NCBI RefSeq assembly: GCF_030028105.1
Contig: NC_092379.1
Coordinates: 99,190,408-99,254,407 of the forward strand
DNA: 64,000 nt
From: Mobula birostris
Taxonomy: Eukaryota
Reading direction: 5' to 3'
The notes beneath the pieces were generated by a model, which was given only the letters and a program-made list of their open reading frames with translations, was not told where the DNA came from and did no database searches. Of this stretch, positions 37,450-50,500 are shown piece after piece (position 1 is the stretch's first letter; each line of letters opens with the position of its first letter). A program made the translations under genes and the position numbers.

Positions 37450-38870
37450 TTCAGTGAGCACCACTCTTACCAGAGTGGGAAGTTATGGATTCATGTTCCA
37501 CTCCATATACTTCTGTGCTGCCATTCCACTGCTGGATGGAAGGAGTAATGTGTGATGTTTTAAGTCCAGCTTTTAGGGGAGGCATGCAACTGTGGCCTAC
37601 CTAGCTGTACGAGGGCAATAGTGGATGTTCAACCAACATCTATATAATACTAAAACTCTCATGCTCTGTCCGTCTGTTTGTTACCTCTAATTAGCACAAA
37701 CAGTGCATTACAGCTGCACTTTTTTTGCCTAAATCGAATTAAAATGCGCTAACTTACAGAATGCAGGCAAAGTTCAGGGTTATATATTCGTATAAAATTG
37801 CTCACTTCCCAAAAATCAACAGGCTGGCTTTCACCCGAGACCCGATTGGCCATCATGGAAATTGGGACGTGACAGCCCAACGCATGCACACGACCAGCCT
37901 CAGCAGCGACACCTACTGGAACAAAAGGGCAGGACAGCTGTATTTCGAGGGGTCCACATTCTGCTAATCACCATCAACATGTGCAGGATTGGGACAGATC
38001 TAACTGCCACCCATCAATGAGATAATTAAATCTTATTGTAATGACGTACTTTGAGACACCATTAAAACCCTTTGCTGCAGTCAAAAGACAGCGGTGACTA
38101 TATTACGTCCATTTAGGAGAGCGCCAACCACATCATCAAGAATAATCAGCATCCTTTGGTGATACTGCTTCGTATCTTCTATCCAGTATTAAGGTAAAAA
38201 AAATGGTCACCCTAATTATGCCACATGGAAAGGGAAGGGTGACATTATGGTCAAGAGATGACACCAAACATCACCGGGAAGTGGCAAGGAGAGGGAGAGA
38301 ACAAGAATCGGATGAAGCCAGGGCCAGGATCAAAGAGTCAGGACAAAAAAAGATGAGAGAAGAAGAGGCAGAGGAGGAGAGGCATGCATGTCTCCAGGAT
38401 TGGAGAGAAAGAATAAACAGCAGAAGAGATAAAGAGATGGGGAATGAAAGGGCTGCACGTCTCCAGGATGACAACAAGAGGCACAAGGGTGGCAGATAAA
38501 CCAGAAGTGTCCTTCGTTAAACAAGGAGCAGCTATACTTGCTTTGCTACGCGTCATTCTTCTTTAATAAACTGAGGTTTTCTACCTCAGTTTCCAAAGCA
38601 AAGTGATACCAATAGCATTCAGGAAAACTTAATGTTCATTCTGGTCACATCAGACTGCACCACCCTTCTCTCAAAGGGTGCCCCAACAGGTCACCCCGTC
38701 GTCTAGTCTCTACTAAAAATGATCTGCTCCTCTTCACATAGATACCTATGGGAGCTTATTGTGCACAAAATATCTGTCATTTCCTAAATTTTAACTATGA
38801 ATACTCCTGAAAGGATTTCATTTCCTGCAAAATGCTTCGTGGCATCCTGATGTTTGAAAAGACATAAGTA
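37450..38870 (+). mobile_element. DeuSINE-like element split by a Helitron
   Basis: TCAACCAACA|TCTCTACTAAAAATGATCTG...TGGGAGCTTATTGTGCACAAA rejoins across 37639-38706 and resembles the Deu domain. Confidence 0.6.
37639..38706 (+). mobile_element. Non-autonomous Helitron
   Basis: 5' TC (TCTATATAATACTAAAA), 3' CTAG preceded by an imperfect hairpin (CAACAGG-TCAC-CCCGTCG), inserted between A and T with no TSD. Internal ORF 38203-38499 has E..E.R.ARL repeats like RepHel N-termini. Confidence 0.85.
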
Positions 38871-38944
38871 AGGTTCCTACTCCTAATCCATGCTGCAATC
38901 AGATGGATCTAAGCTCTATCTCAAAATTCAATGCCAAAAGCAAA

Positions 38945-39910
38945 TTTCAAAGTTCAAAGTAAATCTATTATCAAAGTACGTATATATATGTTACCAGATC
39001 CCACCCTGAAATTCATTTTCTTGCAGAAATTTACAGGAAAAAATACAACAGAATTTTACAGAACACTACATAAACAGACATACTGACAATCATTGAGCAA
39101 AAGACGACAAACAGGGCAAATAAAAATAACGCTGAGGACATCAGTTGTTAAAGAGTCTTTGGAAGTGAGTCTGCAGATCATAGAATTAGTCCAGATCAGT
39201 CCATAGTGGTCAGGGAGGCTGGTGGTTGTCCCTGAAACTGATGGGGTGGGACATGAGGCTTCTGTACATCCTGCCATATTGTAGTAGCAAGGAGGGGCAC
39301 ATCCTCTATTGCAGGAGTCTTTAACGATGGATGTTGCCTTCTTGTGGCAGTGCTCCATGTAAATGTACTCAATGATAGGGAGGGTTCTGCCCGTGATGGA
39401 CTAGGCTGCTTCCACCACTTTCTGTAGCCTTTTCCATTCCTGGGCATATTTCCCTTCCAGACCAGGACGTACCCAGTTAGGATACTCTTCATTGTGCATC
39501 TATATACATTTGTCCAAATTTTTGGTGATGTGTCGAATCTACGCAAACTTCTAAAGGAGCAGAGGTGTTGTATCTTCATTGTGATGACATTTATGTACTG
39601 GTCCCAGAAAAGACCCTCTGATATATTAACTCATCCTATCATCTTCTGTTCTCCTTCCTCCTGCAGTCAATAATCAGCTCTTTGGTTTTGCTGACGCTGA
39701 GTGAGAGGTTGTTGATGTGGCATCACTCAACCAGATTTTCAATCTCCTTCATGTCTGCTGACACGACTCCACCTTTGATTTGGCCGACAACAGCGGTGCC
39801 GTCACCAAACAAACAGAGCATTGGAGCTGTACTTAGCCACAAAGTCATAAGTATAAAGTGAGTCGAACAAGGTACTAACCATATAGCCATATGGTGCACC
39901 TGTGCTGATG
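38945..39910 (-). mobile_element. Rex1/Babar-type LINE 3' part
   Basis: SLRRFDTSPKIWTNVYRCTMKSILTG; tail AAAGTTCAAAGTAAATCTATT. Confidence 0.85.
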
Positions 39911-40799
39911 TTTTGTTTGCCATATTTTAAATCATTCTTATGGTACAGTGACTAAAACTGTAAACAAAGCTTCAACTGCGCTTGGCTATTTGTCTCCCAA
40001 TATATTCTGTGCAACTTCAGGAATTCCACATGTATTTTATGACAAGCTTGTTCTGCTCTCCCACTTTGTTTTCTCCCCAACTCCATCTACCGTGTTACAG
40101 TTCAGGATGTTGTTTCCTTTGCCACCCTTGACCAGAGAATTCATACTTTCATGTACAGTCCTTCAATGTTCTCTTTAAGTACTGCTCACAGCCTTAAAGC
40201 TAATGGATCTCCAAACCAATATATGGTTTGTAGAACTAAAACGGTCAGGTTGATGTTGGGAAGAGTCAATATCCTTAATTTAGTAACACTTTAGTTGTAA
40301 AATATTTCACAAAATCTTCAACAGAGCACCTTGCAGCTGGATTGCAAGTTTGCTTGCCTGTACTATTGGAAATAGCTGCATTAATTTCACATAATTTACA
40401 CAGAGAAAACAACCTTATGTCTCTGAAACCAACTTGCCATTGTACTTTACTGTCAAAGTTTGAAGTGTTTTAAGGAACTGTGTTGATTGACAACACATGA
40501 TAATTTAGGAGTTTGACCATAAATAAATACATTTTAAGGAGCATCTTAAAAAGAGGAAAATCCAAAGACAGGGAGTTAGGTAGGGAATTGCTGAGACTTG
40601 GACTGAGGCAACCAAAGACATGGCTTCTAAACAGTCAAAAGCCATAATCTCAAATGTCTCAAGCAGCATGAAGCAAATTAGTTACAGGGAATTGTGTTCA
40701 ATGTAGAATGATGCTATTCTCATCAACATCATTTTCTTGTTGGCTTTTGCTCCAACAAGTTTTGATTTCAAATTTTTCATCTGGTTTCAGTATTGATAT

Positions 40800-41450
40800 A
40801 TGTTGGTGGGAAGGGGCCTCAATGGTTGGCATTGTACAGGGAGATGAATAGCTTGTTTCTATACTGTCTGTCTGTTGAAATTATATCGTTCCAATAACCT
40901 GGAAAGTATTTGCTCATATGCTAGGTCTTCATTGCAGCCATTAATATGAACATGTGCTGAAGGGTTGATTCCCAGTAATGGAGAGTGACAACCCTTGAAA
41001 CTGTGGCAGTATCTGATCAATTGTAGCATCACTGAGCCAATGAGAATCAAGGGGGAAACTCTACAGTGTTGGAGTGATACACAGCACAAAGGGAAATGGG
41101 TTGTGGCTGTTAGAAGTCAGCTCCAGGACATTTGTGAGGGACTTCTTCAAGACCTTAGTCATCTTCAGCTGTTCAATCTGAAGTCAGAATGTTTGTTGGC
41201 GAGTTCAGTTCCATTCGCAATATAGCAGATAAGAAATTTTCAATAACTCCATACAGTGAGACATGGTCAATATTCTGACATGGTCTGATAAATGGTCAAG
41301 TGTCAGTTTATGACTGCTTTATCGCTTTATACATTTTTGGATCTGGGCACTGGTGATCAGGCCAGCAATTGTAGCTCATTCCCAACTGCTCTAGAGATGG
41401 TGATGAACCTGTTACCCTTCCACTGAAGTTTGTCCCACAGAGCAGTCTCT
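40800..41450. mobile_element. Old decayed LINE remnants (CR1/L2 group)
   Basis: Similar to the 10540-11700 remnants; no ORF. Confidence 0.4.
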
Positions 41451-41499
41451 AGCATGCACATGCGGGGTCCCACCATCATAGAGGACAGATTTGTTCTTA

Positions 41500-41770
41500 T
41501 TTATTTAGAGATAAAGTGCAGGATAGGCTCTTCCAGCCGCACCATCTCATAACCCCCAATTTAACCCTAACCTAATCCCGGGACAATTTACAATGATTAC
41601 TCAACCCATCTGTTATGTGTTTGGACTGTTGGAGGAAACCAGAGGACCCAGAGAAGATGCACGCATTGCACAGGGAGGACGTACAGAGCCTCCTTGCAGA
41701 GGACGCTGAGACTGAACTCTAAACTTGGATGCCCCGAGCTGTAATAGCATCGTGCTAACTGCTCTGCAAC
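41500..41770 (-). mobile_element. V-SINE
   Basis: Same family as 25778-26040. Confidence 0.82.
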
Positions 41771-41984
41771 TTTGAAGTTTCCTTACCCCTTAACCTGTTT
41801 AATTGTCCCTCAGCATCCACAGATTGATGTGGTAGGATTGCAGAGCTTTGATCTGATCCACTGGTAACGAAATCGCCATAACTACTACATGTCCTTGTTA
41901 TTGTTGTGCACCACGTCAGCACCACACCTTTAATTAAGCCTGCGGCTATCCTCTGAATTCATTGATTCTAGGTTGATCCCTGGG

Positions 41985-42420
41985 TAACACAGATCTTTCC
42001 TGGAATGGAGGAAACCAGAACTGCACACAATCCTTTACGTGCAATCTAACTGAAGTTTTAAATGGCTGCAACATAACTTCATAACTCTTATACTCAATGC
42101 CAGGGCTGATTAAGGCAAGCATACTATACACCTCCTTTACCTGTCAGTCCAGTTGAGTCACTACTTTCAAGGAGCTATGGACCTGAACCACAAGATATCG
42201 CTCTACATCAGTGCTTTTAACTGTATACTTTTCCACTAGACACAGTGATTCCAGCACTGATCCCCATGGATCACCACTGGTCACAGAACTCCAGTCAGAA
42301 TAACATACCTCCACCACTGTCCTCATCTTTTATGACCAAGCCTATGTTGAATCCAATCTGCCAGTTACTCCAAGTCCTACATGCTTCAATCTTTTGGATT
42401 AACCTACTACGAGGGACCTT
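41985..42420 (-). mobile_element. CR1 LINE fragment
   Basis: IEYKSYEVMLQPFKTSVRLHVKDCVQFW; SDWSSVTSGDPWGSVL. Confidence 0.85.
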
Positions 42421-42854
42421 GTTAAATTCTTGAGATTAGTAGAGAATCTCACCAATACAAATGCATCTCCAAGATTCATTTTATTTTGTACATAGAATAC
42501 AACTCTGAGATTTATCTTCTCCAGATACACAGAAAATACAGAAAAACCATGGAAGACCTTGAAAGACATCAACCCCCCCCCAATGCATGATAAGGAAAAA
42601 GAAACAAACCCCCAACCCCACCCCCCCACCCTCTCCCTCACATAAAAAGTAACAAATCACCCACCCAGAAAATGAGAACGAGAACATCAATCCCCAAATG
42701 CAAAACCACTCCCACCGGGCATTAACATCAAACCCCCAACCCCCTCTCTCGCACATAAAAAAAGATCACCCACACGGCATTACATTTTGGTGTAACTCCA
42801 TTACATTTGTCTTGCCTACTGTTCATACCAATCAAATCATTACATAATGCATTG

Positions 42855-42985
42855 ACAAACACGAGAAATCTGCAGATGCTGGAAATCCGAGCAAAACACA
42901 CAAAATGCTGGAGGAACTCAGCAGGCCAGGCAACATCATTTGGAAAAAGCACAGTTGACGTTGTGGGCTGAAACCCTTTGGCAGG
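42855..42985 (-). mobile_element. Penelope terminal fragment nested in a Rex1-like 3'UTR
   Basis: CTGCAGATGCTGGAAATCC...AAAATGCTGGAGGAACTCAGCAGGCCAGG...GTTGACGTT. Confidence 0.75.
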
Positions 42986-43274
42986 TGTGCATAGTGCACG
43001 GAAGTAGTACAAACAATAACAGAATACAGAATAAAGTGTAACAGCTACAGGAAATGTACAGTGCAGGTAAACGGCAAGGTGAAAGATCAAAAAAGGTAGA
43101 TAGTAAAGTCAAGAGTCCACTTATTGTATTGGGGAACCACTGAATAGGCTTGTACCAGCAGGGTAGCTGTCCTTGCGTGTGGTGGTAAATGTTTTCAGGT
43201 TTTTTTTAACTATGATGGAAGAGGTGAGAAGGGAGATTGTCTGGGATGGGTGGGGCCTTTGGTTGCCCTGGTTA

Positions 43275-44425
43275 ACCATATAACAATTACAGCATGGAAA
43301 CAGGCCATGTCGGCCCTTCTAGTCCATGCCGAACTCTTACTCTCGCCTAGTCCCACTGACCTGCACTCAGCCCATAACCCTCCATTCCTTTCCTGTCCAT
43401 ATATCTATCCAATTTAACTTTAAATGACAACATCGAACCGACCTGAACCACTTCTGCTGGAAGCTCGTTCCACACAGCTACCACTCTCTGAGTAAAGAAG
43501 TCCCTCATGTTACCCCTAAACTTTCGCCCTTTAACTCTCAACTCATGTCCTCTTGTTTGAACCTCCCCCACTCTCAATGGAAAAAGCCTATCCACGTCAA
43601 CTCTATCTATCCCCCTCATAATTTTAAATACCTCTATCAAGTCCCTCCTCAACCTTCTAGGCTCCAAAGAATAAAGACCTAATTTGTTCAACCTTTCTCT
43701 GTAACTTAGGAGATGAAACCCAGGCAACATTTTAGTAAATCTCCTCTGTACTCTCTCAATTTTATTGACATCTTTCCTATAATTTGGTAACCAGAACTGT
43801 ACACAATACTTCAGATTTGGCCTCACCAGTGCCTTATATAATTTCAACATTACATCCCAACTCCTATACTCAATGCTCTGATTTATAAAGGCCAGCATAC
43901 CAAAAGCTTTCTTCACCACCCTATCCACATGAGATTCCACCTTCAAGGAACTATGCACCATTATTCCTAGATCCCTCTGTTCTTCAATGCCCTACCATTT
44001 ACCATGTATGTCCTATTTTCATTAGTCCTACCAAAATGTAGCACCTCACATTTATCAGCATTAAACTCCATCTGCCATCTTTCAGCCCACTCTTCTAAGT
44101 GGTCTAAATCTCTCTGCAAGCTTTGAAAACCTACTTTGTTATCCACAACTCCACCTATCTTAGTATCATCTGCATACTTACTCATCCAATTTACCACTCC
44201 ATCATCCAGACCATGAATATATATTACAAACAACATTGGACCCAGTACAGATCCCTGAGGCACACCACTAGACACCATCCTCCAATCTGACACACAGTTA
44301 TCCATCACTACTCTCCAGCGTCTCCCATCCAGCCACTGCTGAATCCATTTTACTACTTCGATATTAATACCTAACAATTGAACCTTCCTAACTAACCTTC
44401 CATGTGGAACCTTGTCACAGGCCTT
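43275..44425 (-). mobile_element. CR1 LINE 3' 1.1 kb
   Basis: DKVPH...GVPQGSVLGP...YADDTK and YCVQFW...QRVVAVWNELP. Confidence 0.95.
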
Positions 44426-45863
44426 ATTGGTTGCTTTGTACTTTCCAAGCATAAAATTCTTACTATCTAGGCGCTGGAGAATGGCATCTGTCTGCATTCA
44501 CCACCATGTGCAGGTTCTTTTACAATTCATAGACAAGCTTGATTTGGGAACATAATTACCATTCTCTCACCATCACTGGACCAAAATCTTGGAACTCCCT
44601 GCGCCACGGGGATCCATTCACCACATGGTCTTCAGCCCATCCAGACCTGGCTTTCCATCAACTAACTTTTCAAGAGCTTCTAGGGATGACCATTAAATGC
44701 AGGTGTGACTAGGAACACCCATATCCCATGAACAAACTTTAAAGAAAAGCTCTTGGCGAGCAGGAACGTCCGGCAAAAGCTTAAGAAATTTGGCAGGGGA
44801 AGTAGCAGAAAGAGAGAGAAAATTTCAAGTTTCAATGAAATCCTCTTTGACTCATCCTGATAACTAGCGGTTGTGAAGTGTTCTTTCTCTCCCAAGTAGA
44901 CTTTATTTAATTAAAGACTTAACGATGGAGTACCGCTACCCCCCACTTTACAAAACACTTGCGTTTGTCTTTTGGGGATATTAACTCAAACAGCTGTAAA
45001 GGGCTGTCCAGGCGAAATCGCCGCACAGGGACTGAACTTCAGCTCTAACTGCTTGGCGGTCGGTGGGTGGGGGGGGGGGGGAGAGGGGCGGGGGGCGTTA
45101 ATCAGTAACAATACGGTATAATATGTAACTAAAGAAGGGAATTAACATATCCCCTATGAGTTAAGTTAAATGCTGTTCTGTGAACCGGTCGGTTACTTAC
45201 TGCCCGTTTTACTTGTGAAGGAGTTGCGAAGGTGCTTCAGCAGTGAAAGATCGTTAATCATTTACACAAATAAAACATTAGCTGCTCCCCCCCCCAACCA
45301 CACACATACACCTCCTGCCCATGCCCCTCTGCCACCGGGTTCAGAAATAAACCTTTCCCTCGCCTACAGAGGGGAAGTAACAACCCAATATACTAAACAG
45401 CCCTACTGCAATACCACTGCAAAATGTGCACACATTTAGAATGCAGAAAACCTGCAATTTTTAAATTGGAACCATGTCCTTCAGCACCTCCCGAAATACA
45501 TCTCAATGAAGGCAGTTATGCAGCCTGTCGGTATTTTTAAACATATATTTTCCTGCCTCTCCTTTCAAACAGACTTTCTACTTTTTTCCCCCCAATGCAA
45601 TTTAAAGTGCATTCTCCAAATTCCCTTCCAGCAGCAGGCTGTTGCAGATTGCCATGCACGCCGATCACTTGAGACCCCTTTTATGCAGAGTTTGCGCTTC
45701 GTTGTGAACTATTTCTCCACACCACCCCCCATCCAGAACTTCGTTTTTCCTTCTCTGCGTTCCAAGACGGATTACTGTTACGCGAAAGTCCTTCCATACT
45801 TTTTGCACGAGCTATATCATGGACACTTTCTAGCGGGAGAGCAAAGTCTCGATTTTTTTTTAC

Positions 45864-45989
45864 CTTTGAGATGGTGAGGGGCTCTCCGTGTTCCAGCCCC
45901 CCCTTTAGGGTAAAGCCCCACGGAGCTCCACCTTGCAAATGAACATGAATATGTTGGTAGATGCTGGCTGCTTCTCTGTTGCGCTCCAT
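45864..45989 (-). CDS. SHROOM4: SHROOM4 coding exon 1 (N-terminal part of PDZ domain)
   Basis: Translates [42 protein letters not shown], matching the SHROOM4 N-terminus as I recall it (human [27 protein letters not shown]). ATG in strong context (AGTATGG) with an in-frame TAG 6 nt upstream. Ends at donor AAG|GTAAAA, phase 0, 126 nt. Confidence 0.95.
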
Positions 45990-46260
45990 ACTCTATGATT
46001 TCTCGGAGTTCCATCACATTCCCATTGATTTTTTTCTTCCCCCCCCCCCCCCGACTAACTGCTACTTTGCATCCATTACGGAAATGACATTGAGACATAA
46101 CTCGCCCGCTCCTCAATCTGCCTTTTCCAGGATTGACAACCAGTCCAGCCAATCATCTCCTCCGTCAGACTGTGAGCGGCGAACCAATGCGGCGAAAGGG
46201 AAAGGTTCGGGACTTCGGTGCAAGTTCTGCTCGAGTTCATCTTTTTAACTCGTTTCGAAG
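45990..46260 (-). promoter_or_regulatory. Probable SHROOM4 5'UTR/proximal promoter
   Basis: Non-repetitive, locally CpG-retaining sequence immediately upstream of the start codon, with two CCAAT boxes (AGCCAATC ~46147, AACCAATG ~46182). TSS cannot be determined. Confidence 0.5.
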
Positions 46261-46524
46261 AAGTATGGAAATAATCGCATTCAAAAGTTGCTCAGTCTTT
46301 CAACCTAAAGACTTGTACCTTGAACCTCATTGAAAATGTGTGAAAGAAAACTTGTTGTCCTCTCATTGAATGCACAGCGTTGGTCTCATACTTAGAATTT
46401 TCCTTTGTTCCAGTTTTATCTTTGCTTTATTTTCATTAAGCCATACACTACATACGGAGATATTTGGCCTGTCACGCCTGTTCTGTTCCTTGAAAGAGCA
46501 ATCCATCAGTTTCGCTGCCTAGTG

Positions 46525-47265
46525 GAGGTGGCACAACAGCATAGCAGTTTAGTGTAATGCTTTACAGCGCCAGAGATCCAGATTCAATTTCCGCCACTGC
46601 CTGTGAACAGTTCATACATTCTCTTTTGACCATGTGGGTTTCCTTCCGTTGTTCCAGTTTTCTCCCATTTTCCAAAGTCATAGGGGTTGAGGTTAGTAAG
46701 TTGTCTACATGCTATGTTGGTGCCAGAAGCATGGAGTCACTTCAAAGGTTCAAAGATACAAAGTTTCATTTTAATGTCAAAGTATGTATGTACAATACAA
46801 CTCTGATATTCCTCTTCTTCAGATAGCCAAGAAACACAGAAAAACCATGGGAGTTGTTGAAAAGAAACAACATCACTCCCTCACCCCGACACAAAAAAGA
46901 AACAAAACATGCAAAATCTAAAACCCCCACCCCCTCCAGCACAAAAACCAGCAACAATAACAAATCCCTAGCCCTTTCCTCACAGAAAGAAACAGCGACG
47001 GAATATCAGATTCCCAGCCCCCTCAACGCAGAAAAGAACAGTTGCAATAACATTAAAACCTCCAACCATCTGTCAAACACAAAGACTAACAGATTCACCC
47101 ACACAGAAAAACACCAATATCAAACGTCAGAGCCCAAACCCTCAACTTCTTTTGTGGGCTATCCCTAGCCCATCCATGGGCTGTGTTGGTCACGGGTGCA
47201 AACGATGCATTTCACCATATGTTTCAATATCTTGATATATATGTGACCAATAAAGCTGATCTTTC
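46525..47265 (+). mobile_element. V-SINE with a nested LINE 3'UTR fragment (46745-47150, minus)
   Basis: GGTGGCACAACAGCATAGCAG head and TGGGTTTCCTTCCG V-domain; the nested piece resembles 42470-42780. Confidence 0.65.
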
Positions 47266-48034
47266 ATCTTTAGTATTTCTAATTTTAATTCCTATTCTGA
47301 AATTGAGCTTTTATCCTGAATGGATACAGTGCTTCACCTCTGTTTTGTTATACTGCTCATATTTCAAGAGCCCGGATGAAGACAAAGGAACCTCTCAGTT
47401 AATATTAGTTCATTTTTCATTCCCAGCAAAAATCACTGAAAGCTGTCAGATTTTTCACTCCTTCATGATTTGTGAACCCTCTGTGGTAACGGGGTGACAT
47501 GTTCATTAGCTGGGCATTTACAGAGAACAAAATGTAAAGTGCCCAGCATAACCATTCTCTAACACAAGGACTATGAGATTAGTGAGGGTAGTTACCATCC
47601 AAATGCAGTTCCAAAGAAAGGTGCTCTTACTTTTAAGTGCTTTGCATTATGATAAAGTATATGAAATACATATATATTCATTCCTTTCCATAGATGCTTT
47701 CTGATCTGCTGAACTCCTCCAGTACTTTATGTGTTTAACTATGAAAATACACATTTTTCTTCTCTACTAGACAATGTTCATCTTTTACTTTAAAAACAGA
47801 TTTACAAATTAAGCTCTGTGCTATTGATTATCTGCTAATCTGGTGTTCATTCGTTAATAACTCTGGGCATTCTATTTTAGACAGAATAATGTGATAATTT
47901 CCGTGTTTTCCATGAAGATGAAGATCCTTCCTTAGAAAGCCCACTGCCCTGAAATATTAACACACTTTCTCTTTCCACAGATGCTTCTGGCTTAAGGAGT
48001 ATTTCCGGCATTTTCTAATTCTATTTGCATTCAA

Positions 48035-48540
48035 TTCAGGTTGCTGCTTTGCAGGAAGGATGTGGAGATTTTGGAGAGGGTGCAGAAGAGGTTTACTTTG
48101 ATGCTCTCTATATTAGAAGGCATATGCTGTAAGGAAAGCTTGGACAAACTTGTTTTCTCTATAGTTCAGAGACTGGAGAAAAATCAGATAGAGGCTTATC
48201 ACTAGAGAGGAGGCAGCCAAAATCTTTTTCTCCTCAGCATTGAAATTACCCATACCAGAGGAAATGCATTTAAGGCTAGAGGGGTTAAATTCAAATGGGA
48301 CGTGCAAGGCAATTCTTTTACACAGCATGGTGGATGTCTGGAATGAATTGTTGGGGTAGTGGTGGAGCAAATGTGCCAGAGGAATTTAAGAGGCTCTTAG
48401 ATGGGCACAGGAAAAGGAGGATATGATCACTGTGTAGGCAGATGGGATTCATTTAGCTGGGAATTTTACTACTAGTGCAATTAGTTTGGAACAACATTAT
48501 GGACTGAAGTTCCTGTTCTATGCTATACTGTTCTATGTTT
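48035..48540 (+). mobile_element. Old CR1 3' fragment
   Basis: AGGAAGGATGTGGAG...GGAGAGGGTGCAGAAGAGGTTTAC; TGTTCTATG tail. Confidence 0.8.
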
Positions 48541-48614
48541 TATTTCAGGTTTCCAGTATCTGCACATTTTTGCTTTCGCATGTCGGGTACTGAGCTAAGA
48601 TTCTTCTGCTATGT

Positions 48615-49699
48615 AACATAGAAACATAGAAAATAGGTGCAGGAGTAGGCCATTTGGCCCTTCGAGCCTGCACCACCATTCAGTATGATCATGGCTGATC
48701 ATCCAACTCAGAACCCTGTACCTGCCTTCTCTCCATACCCGCTTTAGCCACAAGGGCCATATCTAACTCCCTCTTAAATATAGCCAATGAACTGGCCTCA
48801 ACTGTTTCCTGTGGCAGAGAATTCCACAGATTCACCACTCTCTGTGTGAAGAAGTTTTTCCTCATCTCGGTCCTAAAAGGCTTCCCCTTTATCCTTAAAC
48901 TGTGACCCCTTGTTCTGGACTTCCCCAACATCGGGAACAATCTTCCTGCATCTAGCCTGTCCAATCCCTTTAGAATTTTATACGTTTCAATAAGATACCC
49001 CCTCAATCTTCTAAATTCCAGCGAGTATAAGCCTAGTTGATCTTGTCTTTCATCATATGAAAGTCCTGCCATCCCAGGAATCAATCTGGTGAACCTTCTT
49101 TGTATTCCCTCTATGGCAAGAATGTCTTTCCTCAGATTAGGGGACCAAAACTGCACACGATACTCCAGGTGTGGTCTCACCACGGCCTTGTACAACTGCA
49201 GTAGAACCTCCCTGCTCCTGTACTCGAATCCTCTTGCTATGAATGCCAGCATACCATTCATCTTTTTCATCGCCTGCTGTACCTGTATGCCCACTTTCAA
49301 TGACTGGTGTACAATGACACCCAGGTCTCGTTGCACCTCCCCTTTTCCTAATCGGCCACCATTCAGATAATAATCTATTTTCCTGTTTTTGCCACCAAAG
49401 TGGGTAACCTCACATTTATCCACATTAAATTGTATCTGCCATGAATTTGCCCACTCACCTAATCTATCCAAGTCACACGGCATCCTCTTAGCATCCTCCT
49501 CACAGCTAACACTGCCGCCCAGCTTCGTGTCATCCGCAAACTTGGAGATGCTGCATTTAATTCCCTCGTCTAAGTCATTAATATATATTGTAAACAACTG
49601 GGGTCCCAGCACTGAGCCTTGAGGTACCCCACTGGTCACTGCCTGCCATTCTGAAAAGGTCCCGTTTATTCCCACTCTTTGCTTCCTGTCTGCAAACAA
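48615..49699 (-). mobile_element. Young CR1 LINE 3' part (336-codon open frame)
   Basis: GVPQGSVLGP, KFADDTK, RPHLEY.VQFWSP, QRVVNLWNSLP; (TTTCTATG)n tail. Confidence 0.96.
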
Positions 49700-50500
49700 A
49701 AGTGATGAGGAAACGTACAGGAGTAAGATAGATTGGCTGGTTGAATCATGTCATAACAACAACCTTCCACTCAACTTCAGTCCAAGGAATTGATTGTGAA
49801 CTTCAGGAAGAGGAAGCAGGGTGAATGCACACTTGTCCTTATTGAGGGGTTAGAGGAGAAAAGGGTAAACAGCTTCAAGTTCCTGGGCATCAATATCTAA
49901 AGGGACCATTCCTGGGCCCAACACATTGTTGCAATCATGAAGAAGGCAGACCAGCAGCTCTATTTCATTATTAATTAAAAGAGATTTGGCATGTCACTGA
50001 AAATTCTTGTAGATTTCTGCAGGTGTACAATGGAGAGCACTCTGACCAGTTGCATCACAGCCTGGTATGGGGGCTCCAATGCACAGGGTCACAAAAATCT
50101 GCAGAGGGTTGTAAACTCACCCAGTTCTTTCATAGGCACAACTCTCCCCAGCGTCAAGGATAACTTCAAGAAGCAATGCCTTAAGAAGGCAGCATTACTC
50201 ATTTAAGACCCTCACCATCCAGGACATGCCCTCTTTGTGCCGGTAGCGTTGCGATCATTGGGGGAAGGTACAGGAGCCTAAAGACCCACACTCAATTTCT
50301 TAAGAACAGCATCCTCCCCTCCGCCATCATATTTCTGAATGGTCCATGAACCCATGAACACTGCCTCATTATTTGTCTTTTGCACTATTTGTTCATTTTT
50401 GTAATTTATAGTAATTTCTTAATGTCTTGCATTGTAGTGCAGCTAAACAGCAAATTTCATGACATATGTAAGTGATATTAAACCTGATTCTGACTCTGAA
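49700..50500 (+). mobile_element. Rex1/Babar-type LINE 3' part
   Basis: FCRCTMESTLTSCITAWYG; ATTAAACCTGATTCTGACTCTGA tail. Confidence 0.87.

Noticed and set aside
38203-38499. Charged coiled-coil ORF as a host gene
   Set aside because: Lies within Helitron termini and resembles RepHel N-terminal repeats.
45681-45863. C-terminal part of the 102-aa ORF after ...TISK
   Set aside because: Read-through into intron 1 past the GT donor; homology resumes at exon 2.
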